The notes under the pieces were generated by a model. It saw only the letters and a program-made list of their open reading frames with translations. It ran no database searches and had not been told where the DNA came from. The position numbers were made by a program, and so were the translations under genes. This document shows, in pieces, positions 16,012 through 23,859 of a stretch of 36,285 nt of DNA (position 1 is its first letter; each line of letters starts with the position of its first letter). The stretch comes from a virus. The stretch lies in the UHGV virus genome UHGV-0162400, one strand, 5' to 3'.

Positions 16012-16839
16012 TTAATCTGCATCTACATCAATCCCGGTGATCTCTTTGAAAATAGCCTTGTCGAAGTTCGGGATTGCTGTGATAATTGCCTTTTGACAGT
16101 CAGAAAGATTACGCCACCAAAGAACGGTACATTCGGAATTATCCAGTTTTTTCAGATAACCGTCCGTAGTTTCAGCTTCTGGGTGTTCTGCCTTTTCTTC
16201 ATCTGTCATATTGGAATACTGAACCCACTGTACTACATTGTCCGATATCCGCTCAATCAGGCAACAAGCTTCACTATTCAACCAATCACGATATGTCCAG
16301 CTTGACGGCTTATTGAACAGGTAAATTTTCGGGCTTGTGGTGTTAAAACAACCATTAGAAAAGCTGCACTTGTTCCAATCGCCGCTGTTCCAATCGCCGC
16401 TGTTGCAATTGCCACTGTTGCAATTGCCGCTGTTGTGATTGCCGCTGTTGCAATTGCCGCTGTTCCAATTGCCGCTGTTGCGATTGCCGCTGTTGCGATT
16501 GCCACTGTTGCAACGTCCGGTGCAACCTTTCCCGGTGTTTACAAGGCCAAGCAATTCAGACCACGGGATTTCACGAACTACTTCAAGTTTATTCGTAGCG
16601 CACTTATCGCCTTCTTCTGAAACTTCGCCGTAAGCTATGACTTCTGCAACCTTGTTATTCTGGTCGAATAAATAATAATTGAAGCAGTCAGCCGCCTTTT
16701 TGCAGAAGTGCATCCCGCGCCTGCACTGGATTGGGGTAACATCTTCTTCAAATTTGCCAGGGCAAGTGTACTGCTTGCCTCTGCACGTCCAATCAGAATT
16801 GAACACCTTGTACCCTTTAACAACTTCTGTTTTGCTCAT
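16012..16839 (-). CDS. Pentapeptide-repeat (SGNxN) phage protein
   Basis: GYKVFNSDWTCRG...GMHFC N-terminal domain; SGN(R/C/W/H)N repeats; PNFDKAIFKEITGI C-terminus. Confidence 0.85.
   Translation of the reverse strand: MSKTEVVKGYKVFNSDWTCRGKQYTCPGKFEEDVTPIQCRRGMHFCKKAADCFNYYLFDQNNKVAEVIAYGEVSEEGDKCATNKLEVVREIPWSELLGLVNTGKGCTGRCNSGNRNSGNRNSGNWNSGNCNSGNHNSGNCNSGNCNSGDWNSGDWNKCSFSNGCFNTTSPKIYLFNKPSSWTYRDWLNSEACCLIERISDNVVQWVQYSNMTDEEKAEHPEAETTDGYLKKLDNSECTVLWWRNLSDCQKAIITAIPNFDKAIFKEITGIDVDAD
16371..16513. repeat. About 9 tandem 15-bp coding repeats
   Basis: gccgctgtt(g/c)(c/t)(a/g)at(t/c)-type units encoding NSGxx. Confidence 0.9.
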
Positions 16840-16997
16840 TTTCTTTGCCCTCTCTTTCTCTGTATTTCCGCTACCTGCCTTGCCCGACGGTAGTTTTGCT
16901 GCTGCTCAAGTGCTGATTTCGCCTTCCATGCAACATACTCACCATACGTCATGCCGTGATCGGTGGCTTCTTTGGCGATTCGCTCAAGATCTGTCAT
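16836..16997 (-). CDS. Hypothetical 53-aa protein (absent from the ORF track)
   Basis: GGAGG RBS; MTDLERIAKEATDHGMTYGEYVAWKAK...QRK; stop overlaps the next ATG (ATGA). Confidence 0.75.
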   Translation of the reverse strand: MTDLERIAKEATDHGMTYGEYVAWKAKSALEQQQNYRRARQVAEIQRKRGQRK

Positions 16998-17232
16998 CGT
17001 GTCCGCCTCCTATCATATCTCTATACCACACACGCATAAGCCATCCCAGCCCGTACCAGACCGCAACAGCGACTATTGCAACGGGGAGCATTTCGCCGCC
17101 TACGGCTTTATAGCCCCTCTGGGCGTATGCCAGTGCAGACATCGGGACGTACATCATCACGGCCGCACACGCTGTTATCCACAGCCGCAGGAGCTGAGAG
17201 AGTATGTAGGCGATTATCTTAGATATCTTCAT
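16984..17232 (-). CDS. Small two-TM membrane protein
   Basis: Two hydrophobic segments around RGYKAVGGE; GGAGG RBS. Confidence 0.7.
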   Translation of the reverse strand: MKISKIIAYILSQLLRLWITACAAVMMYVPMSALAYAQRGYKAVGGEMLPVAIVAVAVWYGLGWLMRVWYRDMIGGGHDDRS

Positions 17233-17446
17233 ATTGACCTCCTAACCATTTCTTTACTGCTTCTTTTTCAAGTCTATACTGCGTACCTACCTTAACACAC
17301 GGTATTTCACCGTTACGGGCTTTGCCACGAAGTGTTTCATAGGAAAGCCCTGTTATCCTGGCAAGCGTTGCAAGATCAAATATTATTGGCAAAGCTTCCC
17401 AGTCTGTTGGCACTCGATATTCAAGTGATGGCATTGTTCGTCTCAC
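17219..17446 (-). CDS. Excisionase-like HTH DNA-binding protein
   Basis: LARITGLSYETLRGKARNGEIPCVKVGTQYRL winged-HTH pattern; GTG at 17446 after GGAGG. Confidence 0.75.
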   Translation of the reverse strand: MRRTMPSLEYRVPTDWEALPIIFDLATLARITGLSYETLRGKARNGEIPCVKVGTQYRLEKEAVKKWLGGQYEDI

Positions 17447-17466
17447 TTCCTCACCTCCTCCGGTTG

Positions 17467-17495
17467 TTGCAATCGTCCTTTCCCGATGATATAAT
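17467..17495 (+). promoter_or_regulatory. Sigma-A promoter of the reverse-oriented small gene
   Basis: TTGCAA, 17-nt spacer, TGnTATAAT. Confidence 0.75.
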
Positions 17496-17528
17496 GTTAA
17501 TATCATATTGGAAAGGAGGATAACGCTA

Positions 17529-17690
17529 ATGTCTGATGTTCAGTACTCTCAATTGCTGGATCGTGTAGATAAGCTCGCCATGCTTTATCTCGAAAAATCC
17601 TGTGATATATCTTCTATGACCGTTGAAGAATATATCAAAAAATTCAATGAGATTTCAGAAGAGATTTTCAAATTTTGCTTGAAAAAATAA
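17529..17690 (+). CDS. Hypothetical 53-aa protein oriented against the early operon
   Basis: AAAGGAGG RBS, ATG at 17529, own promoter; MSDVQYSQLLDRVDKLAMLYLEK... Confidence 0.7.
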   Translation: MSDVQYSQLLDRVDKLAMLYLEKSCDISSMTVEEYIKKFNEISEEIFKFCLKK

Positions 17691-17856
17691 GCGCTTCTGA
17701 TACCTTTGAAAGTAACTGCTGTGCCTCGTAAATCGTCATGCCCTTCAACTGCTCGATGATTTTTGAGGCACATTCTTTTTCTTCCTCGTTAAATAGCGGG
17801 TAATATAATACTTTTCCATAACCCGATAACGGCTTTTTCACTTCCACTATTTCCAC
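17668..17856 (-). CDS. Hypothetical protein
   Basis: AAGGAGGTGA RBS, GTG at 17856; 3' end overlaps the convergent gene by 23 bp. Confidence 0.65.
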   Translation of the reverse strand: MEIVEVKKPLSGYGKVLYYPLFNEEEKECASKIIEQLKGMTIYEAQQLLSKVSEALIFSSKI

Positions 17857-17876
17857 CTTCCTCACCTCCTTTGACT

Positions 17877-18229
17877 GTTGCGTTTCGCAACTCAATGAGC
17901 AAAAAAATATGTGCCGAAATCACACGCATTTATGCCCAGAAGATTAGAAAATTTCTCAGCTTCATCTAAGTCGAACGGTCTGATATTGTTAATCTTCTGA
18001 TTTACAGTTGGCTGAGCGATATTCAAGCACTTAGCCACATCTGCTTGTGTTATTTCAAGTTCACGCATTTTGCCCTTGATTTTATTTGTATTCACCATTT
18101 TCTCACCTTCTTCGTTTGTTGCGTTTCGCAACTTTCCGTAAGCATATATTAACACATCTTTCAGCGTTTGTCAATAGCGTTTTGCAACTTTTTTTAGCAA
18201 ATTCAAAAAATGTTATTGCATTACGCAAT
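17877..18229. promoter_or_regulatory. Four palindromic operator sites (TTGCG-N3-CGCAA consensus) and divergent cro/cI promoters
   Basis: GTTGCGTTTCGCAAC at 17877 and 18118, ATAGCGTTTTGCAAC at 18174, ATTGCATTACGCAAT at 18215. Pcro (minus): TTGACA 18174-69, 17 nt, TAATAT 18151-46. PcI (plus): TTGCAT 18216-21, 17 nt, TATAAT 18239-44. Confidence 0.8.
17892..18098 (-). CDS. cro: Cro-like XRE HTH regulator
   Basis: ITQADVAKCLNIAQPTVNQKING-like HTH; divergent from cI; ATG at 18098. Confidence 0.85.
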   Translation of the reverse strand: MVNTNKIKGKMRELEITQADVAKCLNIAQPTVNQKINNIRPFDLDEAEKFSNLLGINACDFGTYFFAH

Positions 18230-18270
18230 TTAATATGCTATAATTCTTATAATGAAATGAGGTGAACAAC

Positions 18271-18933
18271 ATGGCAGATGTGAATGAAATTGGTAAAAGA
18301 ATCAAACTATGCCGTGAGAAAAACAAACTGACACAAGGGGAACTCGGAGAACGTTTAGGATTAAATAAATCAACGATACAGAGATACGAAACAGGACAGG
18401 TAGCAAAAATAAAATTGCCGATACTTGAGTCAATAGCGTGTGAGCTTAATGTAAGTGCGGCATACCTTGCGCTTAAAACAGATAATCCGGAGCTCACATC
18501 ACGCTCTATTGAATCAAATGCAACTATTCTTCCACAGGATAAAATCAGAATGATTCCTGTTTACGAGAGTGTATCAGCGGGCTTCGGTGCCTATGCCGAT
18601 AATTACATTCTTGAGTATATGCCGTTGTTTATTGCCAGTGACGAAGAAGCGAAAAACACGATGTGTATAAAGGTACAAGGCAACAGTATGTACCCAAAAA
18701 TTGAAGAAGGCGATTCTATTCAGGTGCTAAAACAAGATTGGTGTGATTCCGGACAGGTGGCAGTGGTTCTGATTGACGGTGAGGATTCGGTTGTTAAAAA
18801 AATAGAATATGATAAAAACAGCATTACTCTGCTGTCATTCAATCCCGAATATGCACCAAGAATTTTTAAAGGTGCTGAACGAGACAGGTTAAGAATACTT
18901 GGAATTGTGAGAAAAGTAATAAAAGACATATAA
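18271..18933 (+). CDS. cI: CI-like repressor (XRE HTH plus S24 autopeptidase)
   Basis: LTQGELGERLGLNKSTIQRYETG; AG cleavage site VSAGFG; GNSMYP catalytic Ser; VVKK catalytic Lys. Confidence 0.93.
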   Translation: MADVNEIGKRIKLCREKNKLTQGELGERLGLNKSTIQRYETGQVAKIKLPILESIACELNVSAAYLALKTDNPELTSRSIESNATILPQDKIRMIPVYESVSAGFGAYADNYILEYMPLFIASDEEAKNTMCIKVQGNSMYPKIEEGDSIQVLKQDWCDSGQVAVVLIDGEDSVVKKIEYDKNSITLLSFNPEYAPRIFKGAERDRLRILGIVRKVIKDI

Positions 18934-18992
18934 AAAACTTTTGTCGATACTGCATAAGCAATAAGATCTAATGGGAGAAGATAAAAAAGTAC

Positions 18993-20411
18993 ATGGACAA
19001 TCTTTTAAAAGCATTGATAGTAGGAGCAGAAACAGCAATAGAAAATGTTAAGCTTAATATACAGCTTGACAATGGAGTATCTTGTACTATAGAATCAATT
19101 GATTCTGCAATACGGTACGTTGAACCGCTCCTTGAGTACGAAAAGCAAGGCATTAAAACCACTACTCCGCCACCGTCAGAATTGATTGCATTTTTAGAAC
19201 AGAAGCGTTATGAAATCCAGGATCCTGATTATTTATACGATAATGTCAAATTTGCACAAGGCGTAAGCTCGTTTGACAAGGAATATTTAGATGATACTGA
19301 AAGCGAATTGACCGAAGTCATTGAGAAATGCAAGACAAGCAACAACGCACACGACAAACTTGCTTTGGCTATCATATATAAAAATCTCGGAGAAAACCAC
19401 AGCAAAGCCGCAGAATTATTAAAATCATACATAGACGGTAATTACAGCAATCCTTTTTATACAAAAATGCAAATGCTCTTTATGCTTGCGGAATTATACA
19501 AAAACGGTAGTAATCCTGCTGAGGCAATCAACACTTATACCAGACTTCTTAAAATTGCCCCTGCTAACGCCTCGATATACATTGAACTGATTGAAACACT
19601 AAATGAAATAGGCAGATATGACCTTGCCGCAAAAGCCCTTATGGCAACTAAAAACACGACGTATTATAAGGAATCTGCACCTTTCAAATATATGATTGAC
19701 AACATTATGACAAAGCATTGTCTGCTTTGTAAAACCGAAAAAGTACGCAACGAATTTTTAGTATGTGACAGCTGTAAAGCAAAATTTGATTTATCCACAG
19801 ATGAAAGTGACTTTATTGAAAATTTCCTACAAAACTCTTATACAAAGGTTGGTGCAAAAGAGCGCTTGATTTATATGAGCAGTTCTTCTGAATGCGTCTT
19901 AGGCAACTGTAGGCGATTTCTTAACAATTTCATTTTAAGTGTTTATAATAACTCATGTGAGCCGTTAGACATTTTAGCCGTTGCTACTACATACGCTCGT
20001 ATGTATGCGGCAGAGCGCCCATTGGCTATAAAGTATTGGGAGTTATTTTTAGAATCCCCTACAGATTTGCCACCGATAACTAACCGCATTGGTGCAGTGT
20101 TATATTCCAAGTGGCATCTCTACTCAACTTTTGCCAATATATACGAAGCTGAGTACCAATTTGACAAAGCAATACAAATGCTTAAAAAGTGTATCGAAGT
20201 AGACGCAGGGACAAATTCAAGTGACTATATAAGAATCGGTGACGTTTATGTAAAAATTGATACAAAATCCGCAGAAGAATATTATCTAAAAACAATTGAA
20301 GATGAAAATGTGACAGAGGATGTCCGTAACAGATGTAAAGCCGCATTAGCCGCTGTGCGTGAAAAAATACAAAGAGGCTATGTTTATAGGCCAAGAAAAG
20401 CAAAACAATAA
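18993..20411 (+). CDS. TPR-repeat protein with central zinc ribbon, function unknown
   Basis: Two TPR-like blocks separated by CLLC-x11-CDSC; low GC; between cI and int. Confidence 0.75.
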   Translation: MDNLLKALIVGAETAIENVKLNIQLDNGVSCTIESIDSAIRYVEPLLEYEKQGIKTTTPPPSELIAFLEQKRYEIQDPDYLYDNVKFAQGVSSFDKEYLDDTESELTEVIEKCKTSNNAHDKLALAIIYKNLGENHSKAAELLKSYIDGNYSNPFYTKMQMLFMLAELYKNGSNPAEAINTYTRLLKIAPANASIYIELIETLNEIGRYDLAAKALMATKNTTYYKESAPFKYMIDNIMTKHCLLCKTEKVRNEFLVCDSCKAKFDLSTDESDFIENFLQNSYTKVGAKERLIYMSSSSECVLGNCRRFLNNFILSVYNNSCEPLDILAVATTYARMYAAERPLAIKYWELFLESPTDLPPITNRIGAVLYSKWHLYSTFANIYEAEYQFDKAIQMLKKCIEVDAGTNSSDYIRIGDVYVKIDTKSAEEYYLKTIEDENVTEDVRNRCKAALAAVREKIQRGYVYRPRKAKQ

Positions 20412-20448
20412 ATTACCGCTAAGGTAGCATTTCACGACCTTGGCGATG

Positions 20449-20480
20449 GTCACCCTCTACATGAGGGCGTGGATTGAAAT
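20449..20480 (+). CRISPR. Solitary type I-C-like CRISPR repeat (no array, no cas genes)
   Basis: GTCACCCTCTACATGAGGGCGTGGATTGAAAT: 32 bp, GTC start, CCCTC/GAGGG hairpin, GCGTGGATTGAAAT 3' end. Confidence 0.85.
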
Positions 20481-20502
20481 AAATAAATTAGGAGGTGCAA
20501 AA

Positions 20503-21627
20503 ATGCCCGGAAAGGTAACTTATACAAAGCGAAAAGACGGCAGATATCAGGCAAAAATGTACTGTGGCACTGAAAACGGAGTGCCGAAATACAAGTATGT
20601 TTATGCTGCTACCGAGAGGGAAATGAAAGCAAAGTTGTCCGAAAAAACAAAGCTCGTAAACCGTGGTATAGACATCACCTCGGAGCGTGAAACTTTCGGT
20701 GACTGGCTCGAAATGTATCTTATCACAAAGCAGTCTTCGGTAAGTGACAAATGGTACCGTGCCATACGGACAAATGCAAAAATTTTAGAACCGTTGAAAG
20801 ATACGAAGTTATCAGTCATCAAGCAGTATATGCTGACTGAAATACTGTTTGATATGGCAAACAAGGGATATTCCGAGAAGACTATGCAGAGCGTTAAAGG
20901 AATCGCCCAGGGCGTACTTGAACTTGCCGCCGACAACAGAGCTATCGACCACAATTTCTTTAAGAATGTAGCAATACCTAAAGCAAAGCAAGAGCCTGAA
21001 CACAGGAGAGCTCTGACAAGCGAGGAACAAGCCTGGATTCGAGATACACCGCACAGAGCCCAGACCGCCGCAATGATCATGATGTATGCGGGATTGCGCA
21101 GAGGAGAACTCATAGCATTGCAATGGACCGATATAAATCTTGATGAAGCGACAATCCGGGTAAACAAATCTGTTGAGCAAGTCAGTGGTTCGGGGCTTGT
21201 AATAAAAAAAGGCGGTAAAACAGACGCCGCAACAAGAACTGTCTGCATTCCTCAGATTTTAGTAAGCTACCTGCGACAAGTTCCCCACACATCATTTTTT
21301 GTAGTCACGAATGCTAAGGGTAAAATGCACTCGGATAAAAGCTGGTATCGTATGTGGGAAAGTTACATCAAGTGCTTATCTGAAAAATACGGTACACATA
21401 AGCCAGGAACGGATCATAAAGTTATCCCACCTATAACCGCCCATTGGTTACGCCACACCTTCATCACGTTAATGTATCTCGCCGGCGTTGACATAGTAAC
21501 CGCAAAGGAGCAGGCAGGACATAAAGACATTCAGACCACCCTTTCAATATACACCCATCTGTCAGAAAAATATAAGAAAAAGAACCTCAAAATGTTGGAC
21601 GATTATATACAGATTGAAACATCTTGA
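20503..21627 (+). CDS. int: Tyrosine integrase
   Basis: N-terminal arm-binding RKDGRYQ; GLRRGE, HWLRH, GH and IYTH catalytic motifs; GGAGGT RBS at 20491-96. Confidence 0.95.
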   Translation: MPGKVTYTKRKDGRYQAKMYCGTENGVPKYKYVYAATEREMKAKLSEKTKLVNRGIDITSERETFGDWLEMYLITKQSSVSDKWYRAIRTNAKILEPLKDTKLSVIKQYMLTEILFDMANKGYSEKTMQSVKGIAQGVLELAADNRAIDHNFFKNVAIPKAKQEPEHRRALTSEEQAWIRDTPHRAQTAAMIMMYAGLRRGELIALQWTDINLDEATIRVNKSVEQVSGSGLVIKKGGKTDAATRTVCIPQILVSYLRQVPHTSFFVVTNAKGKMHSDKSWYRMWESYIKCLSEKYGTHKPGTDHKVIPPITAHWLRHTFITLMYLAGVDIVTAKEQAGHKDIQTTLSIYTHLSEKYKKKNLKMLDDYIQIETS

Positions 21628-21635
21628 TACAAGCA

Positions 21636-21859
21636 TAGGGTGTCAAATAGGGTGTCAAAGTGCTTACAAATGGCTCTATTAAGCCATTTTACTACAGGTT
21701 CAAGTCCTGTTACCCGTACCAACTGCAATATTTGTAAAACGCTCGATATTTGGCTCAACCAAGCCATTTATCGAGCGTTTTTGTTTTCTTGAAATGTGTG
21801 TGATTTGGTACATTTTCGGGCAGTTTGACACCATAATAGGGTGTCAAATCGGTGTCAAG
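21636..21859. mobile_element. attP: tRNA 3'-end core flanked by arm-type repeats
   Basis: TAGGGTGTCAAA x2 (21636-59); core ACAGGTTCAAGTCCTGTTACCCGTACCA (21694-21721); TTTGACACC (21824-32); TAGGGTGTCAAA (21837-48); TCGGTGTCAAG (21849-59). Confidence 0.85.
21736..21790 (+). terminator. Terminator-like hairpin after the tRNA fragment
   Basis: AAAACGCTCGATA...TATCGAGCGTTTT followed by a T-rich tail. Confidence 0.7.
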
Positions 21860-21889
21860 TTAGCTTCCTAACTATCTATAAAATCCAAC

Positions 21890-21932
21890 AAAAAATCCCC
21901 CGACAGAGCCTAATCGCTCCGCCGGGGGGATT
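21890..21932 (-). terminator. Terminator of the late/lysis operon
   Basis: AATCCCCCC...GGGGGGATT stem with a T-run on the minus strand, just after the lysin stop. Confidence 0.75.
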
Positions 21933-21940
21933 CTGTCATT

Positions 21941-22843
21941 TTACTTCTTTATGAGGTACTTAATATCGATCGGGCTCTGAATATCAAAAATATCGTTTGT
22001 ATCCTTGCCAAGCACGGCACGATTGCCGACAACTTCGGTGACTATCCAGGTCTTTTCAAACAACCAGTCCTTAAGCGGATTCGTTTCGCCGTACCATGTA
22101 GCTCCCTGCTTTATCTGCACACGGTCGCCCTTGCTGATTTTAGCGGGTGAGGTAACAGTTGATGTTTTCTTGCCGAGCATTCTGTCAACTTCCGCCTGCA
22201 CAGCCGTGTAATTATAGCCGGCGGCAGTCAATCTCTGCTTGCGTTCTATGCCGTTACCCCACGATCCTCTTATTACTTCTTTAGCTATCTCAGTATTTGA
22301 TTTCTTTGAAGTAGCGGTCTTTACACCGAGCTGAGCATTGACTTCTTTGGCGATTTTACCGAGTCTGCTGTATATGTACTCACCCGGGCAGGATTTGCCG
22401 GAGTTAAACCATCTGTGTACGGTCATGTTCTGCTTGTCAACCTGTCCGATAAGCGATTTATCAGCTTTCCACATTAGCTTTTTTATGCCGTTTCTCTTAC
22501 ATATATCCACGCAGAGCTTAATCAGTGACTTGTACACCTTGTCATTGATAGCATACGGCTCGTAACTGTCACTTGCGCACTCTATCGTGATAGCTCTGTT
22601 ATCATTGCTTGCACTTGAGGAGCACCAGGAGCGGTCTTTTTCCTCAACGTACATTGCAATTTTGCCATCATATCCGATACCGTAATTTGACGAAGCCTCT
22701 TTCGTCTGAAAGAGTTCACCGAGCGGTTCGACCGCACACTGACCTACAACACAATGAATTGTTATAGTGTCTATCTTGTGGTTTCTGGGGCTGTTCCTGT
22801 GAGGACTTATCCTCGTGTAACTGATTAACGGACTGTTACTCAT
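21941..22843 (-). CDS. Endolysin: N-acetylmuramoyl-L-alanine amidase with Cpl-7 (CW_7) repeat and C-terminal binding domain
   Basis: ITIHC, ASSNYGIG, TIECA, VHRWF..KSCPG; IAKEVIRGSWGNG.ERKQRL..AGYNY; true start is probably MSNSPL at 22843. Confidence 0.92.
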   Translation of the reverse strand: MSNSPLISYTRISPHRNSPRNHKIDTITIHCVVGQCAVEPLGELFQTKEASSNYGIGYDGKIAMYVEEKDRSWCSSSASNDNRAITIECASDSYEPYAINDKVYKSLIKLCVDICKRNGIKKLMWKADKSLIGQVDKQNMTVHRWFNSGKSCPGEYIYSRLGKIAKEVNAQLGVKTATSKKSNTEIAKEVIRGSWGNGIERKQRLTAAGYNYTAVQAEVDRMLGKKTSTVTSPAKISKGDRVQIKQGATWYGETNPLKDWLFEKTWIVTEVVGNRAVLGKDTNDIFDIQSPIDIKYLIKK

Positions 22844-22844
22844 A

Positions 22845-23258
22845 TTATTCTTCCTCGCTTTCGCTCTTATTTCTGATCTGCTCCATAAGACCGGTAATTT
22901 TCTTCGGCACGGGAAGCCCCAGTGCCGATGCGTTTTCGACAATACTAATACCCTCGTTTGCAATATAGAACAACATCACGGCCGACATTGCGGCAGGTGT
23001 TCCGCCGAGTATGTATGTATCGACTATGTGGCCGACCGCAACAAATACCAGTATCAGAAATTTCTTAGCCAGACCTCTGAAACCGACTTCTGATGACAGA
23101 CGTTTTTCGATTATGGCCACAATCACACCAGTAACGTAATCAAGTGCCATAAACGCTATCAACGCCCAGAACAGCCCACTTACCTCTCCATACATAAAGC
23201 CTAAAACCGCTCCGACAGCACCTGCTATGCTGTCAATAATTATCTGTATCTTGCTCAT
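22845..23258 (-). CDS. Phage holin (toxin secretion/phage lysis holin family)
   Basis: TM segments; DYVTG, LSSEVGFRGLAKK, NEGISIVEN...GLPVP. Confidence 0.92.
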   Translation of the reverse strand: MSKIQIIIDSIAGAVGAVLGFMYGEVSGLFWALIAFMALDYVTGVIVAIIEKRLSSEVGFRGLAKKFLILVFVAVGHIVDTYILGGTPAAMSAVMLFYIANEGISIVENASALGLPVPKKITGLMEQIRNKSESEEE

Positions 23259-23275
23259 TTTTTCGTCCTTTCTGC

Positions 23276-23617
23276 CTATTCGGCTAAAAAATCTTCTATT
23301 ACTATCATCTCGGCGGGCGTCAGAGCGACATCAGTCGAGAGAATATCAATCTTTTCGGGTATATCAACATCAATGTTGAGCAGTTCCTCAAGCTCCCCAT
23401 TGCAGACATCTACGTTTTCAGGGCGGATAACGTACTTCTCACCATCCTGATCACCGTATTTCTGCAAGAGCTTCTGCCGCTGTTCATTGTACAGCTTCGT
23501 TTCCTCATCTATTCTCCGTGCCAGCTTTGCTACCTCATACGACTGTATGACGGGCAGTTCCTTGCTCATCAGCTTGCTTATAACGGGGATTGCATTTACT
23601 ACAGTTGATAACTTCAT
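23276..23617 (-). CDS. Hypothetical protein (tail-lysis junction)
   Basis: 113-aa ORF with AAGGAG RBS. Confidence 0.75.
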   Translation of the reverse strand: MKLSTVVNAIPVISKLMSKELPVIQSYEVAKLARRIDEETKLYNEQRQKLLQKYGDQDGEKYVIRPENVDVCNGELEELLNIDVDIPEKIDILSTDVALTPAEMIVIEDFLAE

Positions 23618-23626
23618 AGCTTCTCC

Positions 23627-23857
23627 TTACTCTGCGTCCTGAGCAGTATATACGGCGGTCTGAAACTCCGTATAATCCGCTCTGACTGTGGTTTTGCTTT
23701 CTTCGTACAGTTCGGCGTTCGATACTGTCATGCTCATCGTTACGGTCTTATCCGCCCTTATGGTAGCGCTGAAATACGCTACGGTCTGTTCGTTGTCCTC
23801 TCCGTCAGTGATATAGCTTGTACCGTCAAACTGTGTTGTTTTGTTACTTCTAAGCAT
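23627..23857 (-). CDS. Hypothetical protein
   Basis: 76-aa ORF with AAAGGAG RBS. Confidence 0.75.
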   Translation of the reverse strand: MLRSNKTTQFDGTSYITDGEDNEQTVAYFSATIRADKTVTMSMTVSNAELYEESKTTVRADYTEFQTAVYTAQDAE

Positions 23858-23859
23858 AA

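Noticed and set aside
16371..16513. Repeat array as CRISPR or DGR variable region
   Set aside because: Contiguous 15-bp coding repeats without spacers; no reverse transcriptase or template repeat seen in the genome
20440..20502. N-terminal extension of the integrase (MAMVTLYMRAWIEIN...)
   Set aside because: It is the CRISPR-like repeat read in frame; the strong RBS supports ATG 20503
21598..21620. GATTGAAAC at the integrase 3' end as a second CRISPR repeat
   Set aside because: No GTC start or hairpin; it is coding sequence (QIET) more than 1 kb from the repeat
21694..21721. Complete tRNA gene
   Set aside because: Only the T-arm and 3' acceptor strand are present; interpreted as the attP core
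22844..22963. Longer lysin start or embedded spanin-like gene
   Set aside because: Overlaps the holin out of frame with no clear RBS; MSNSPL at 22843 follows GAGGA
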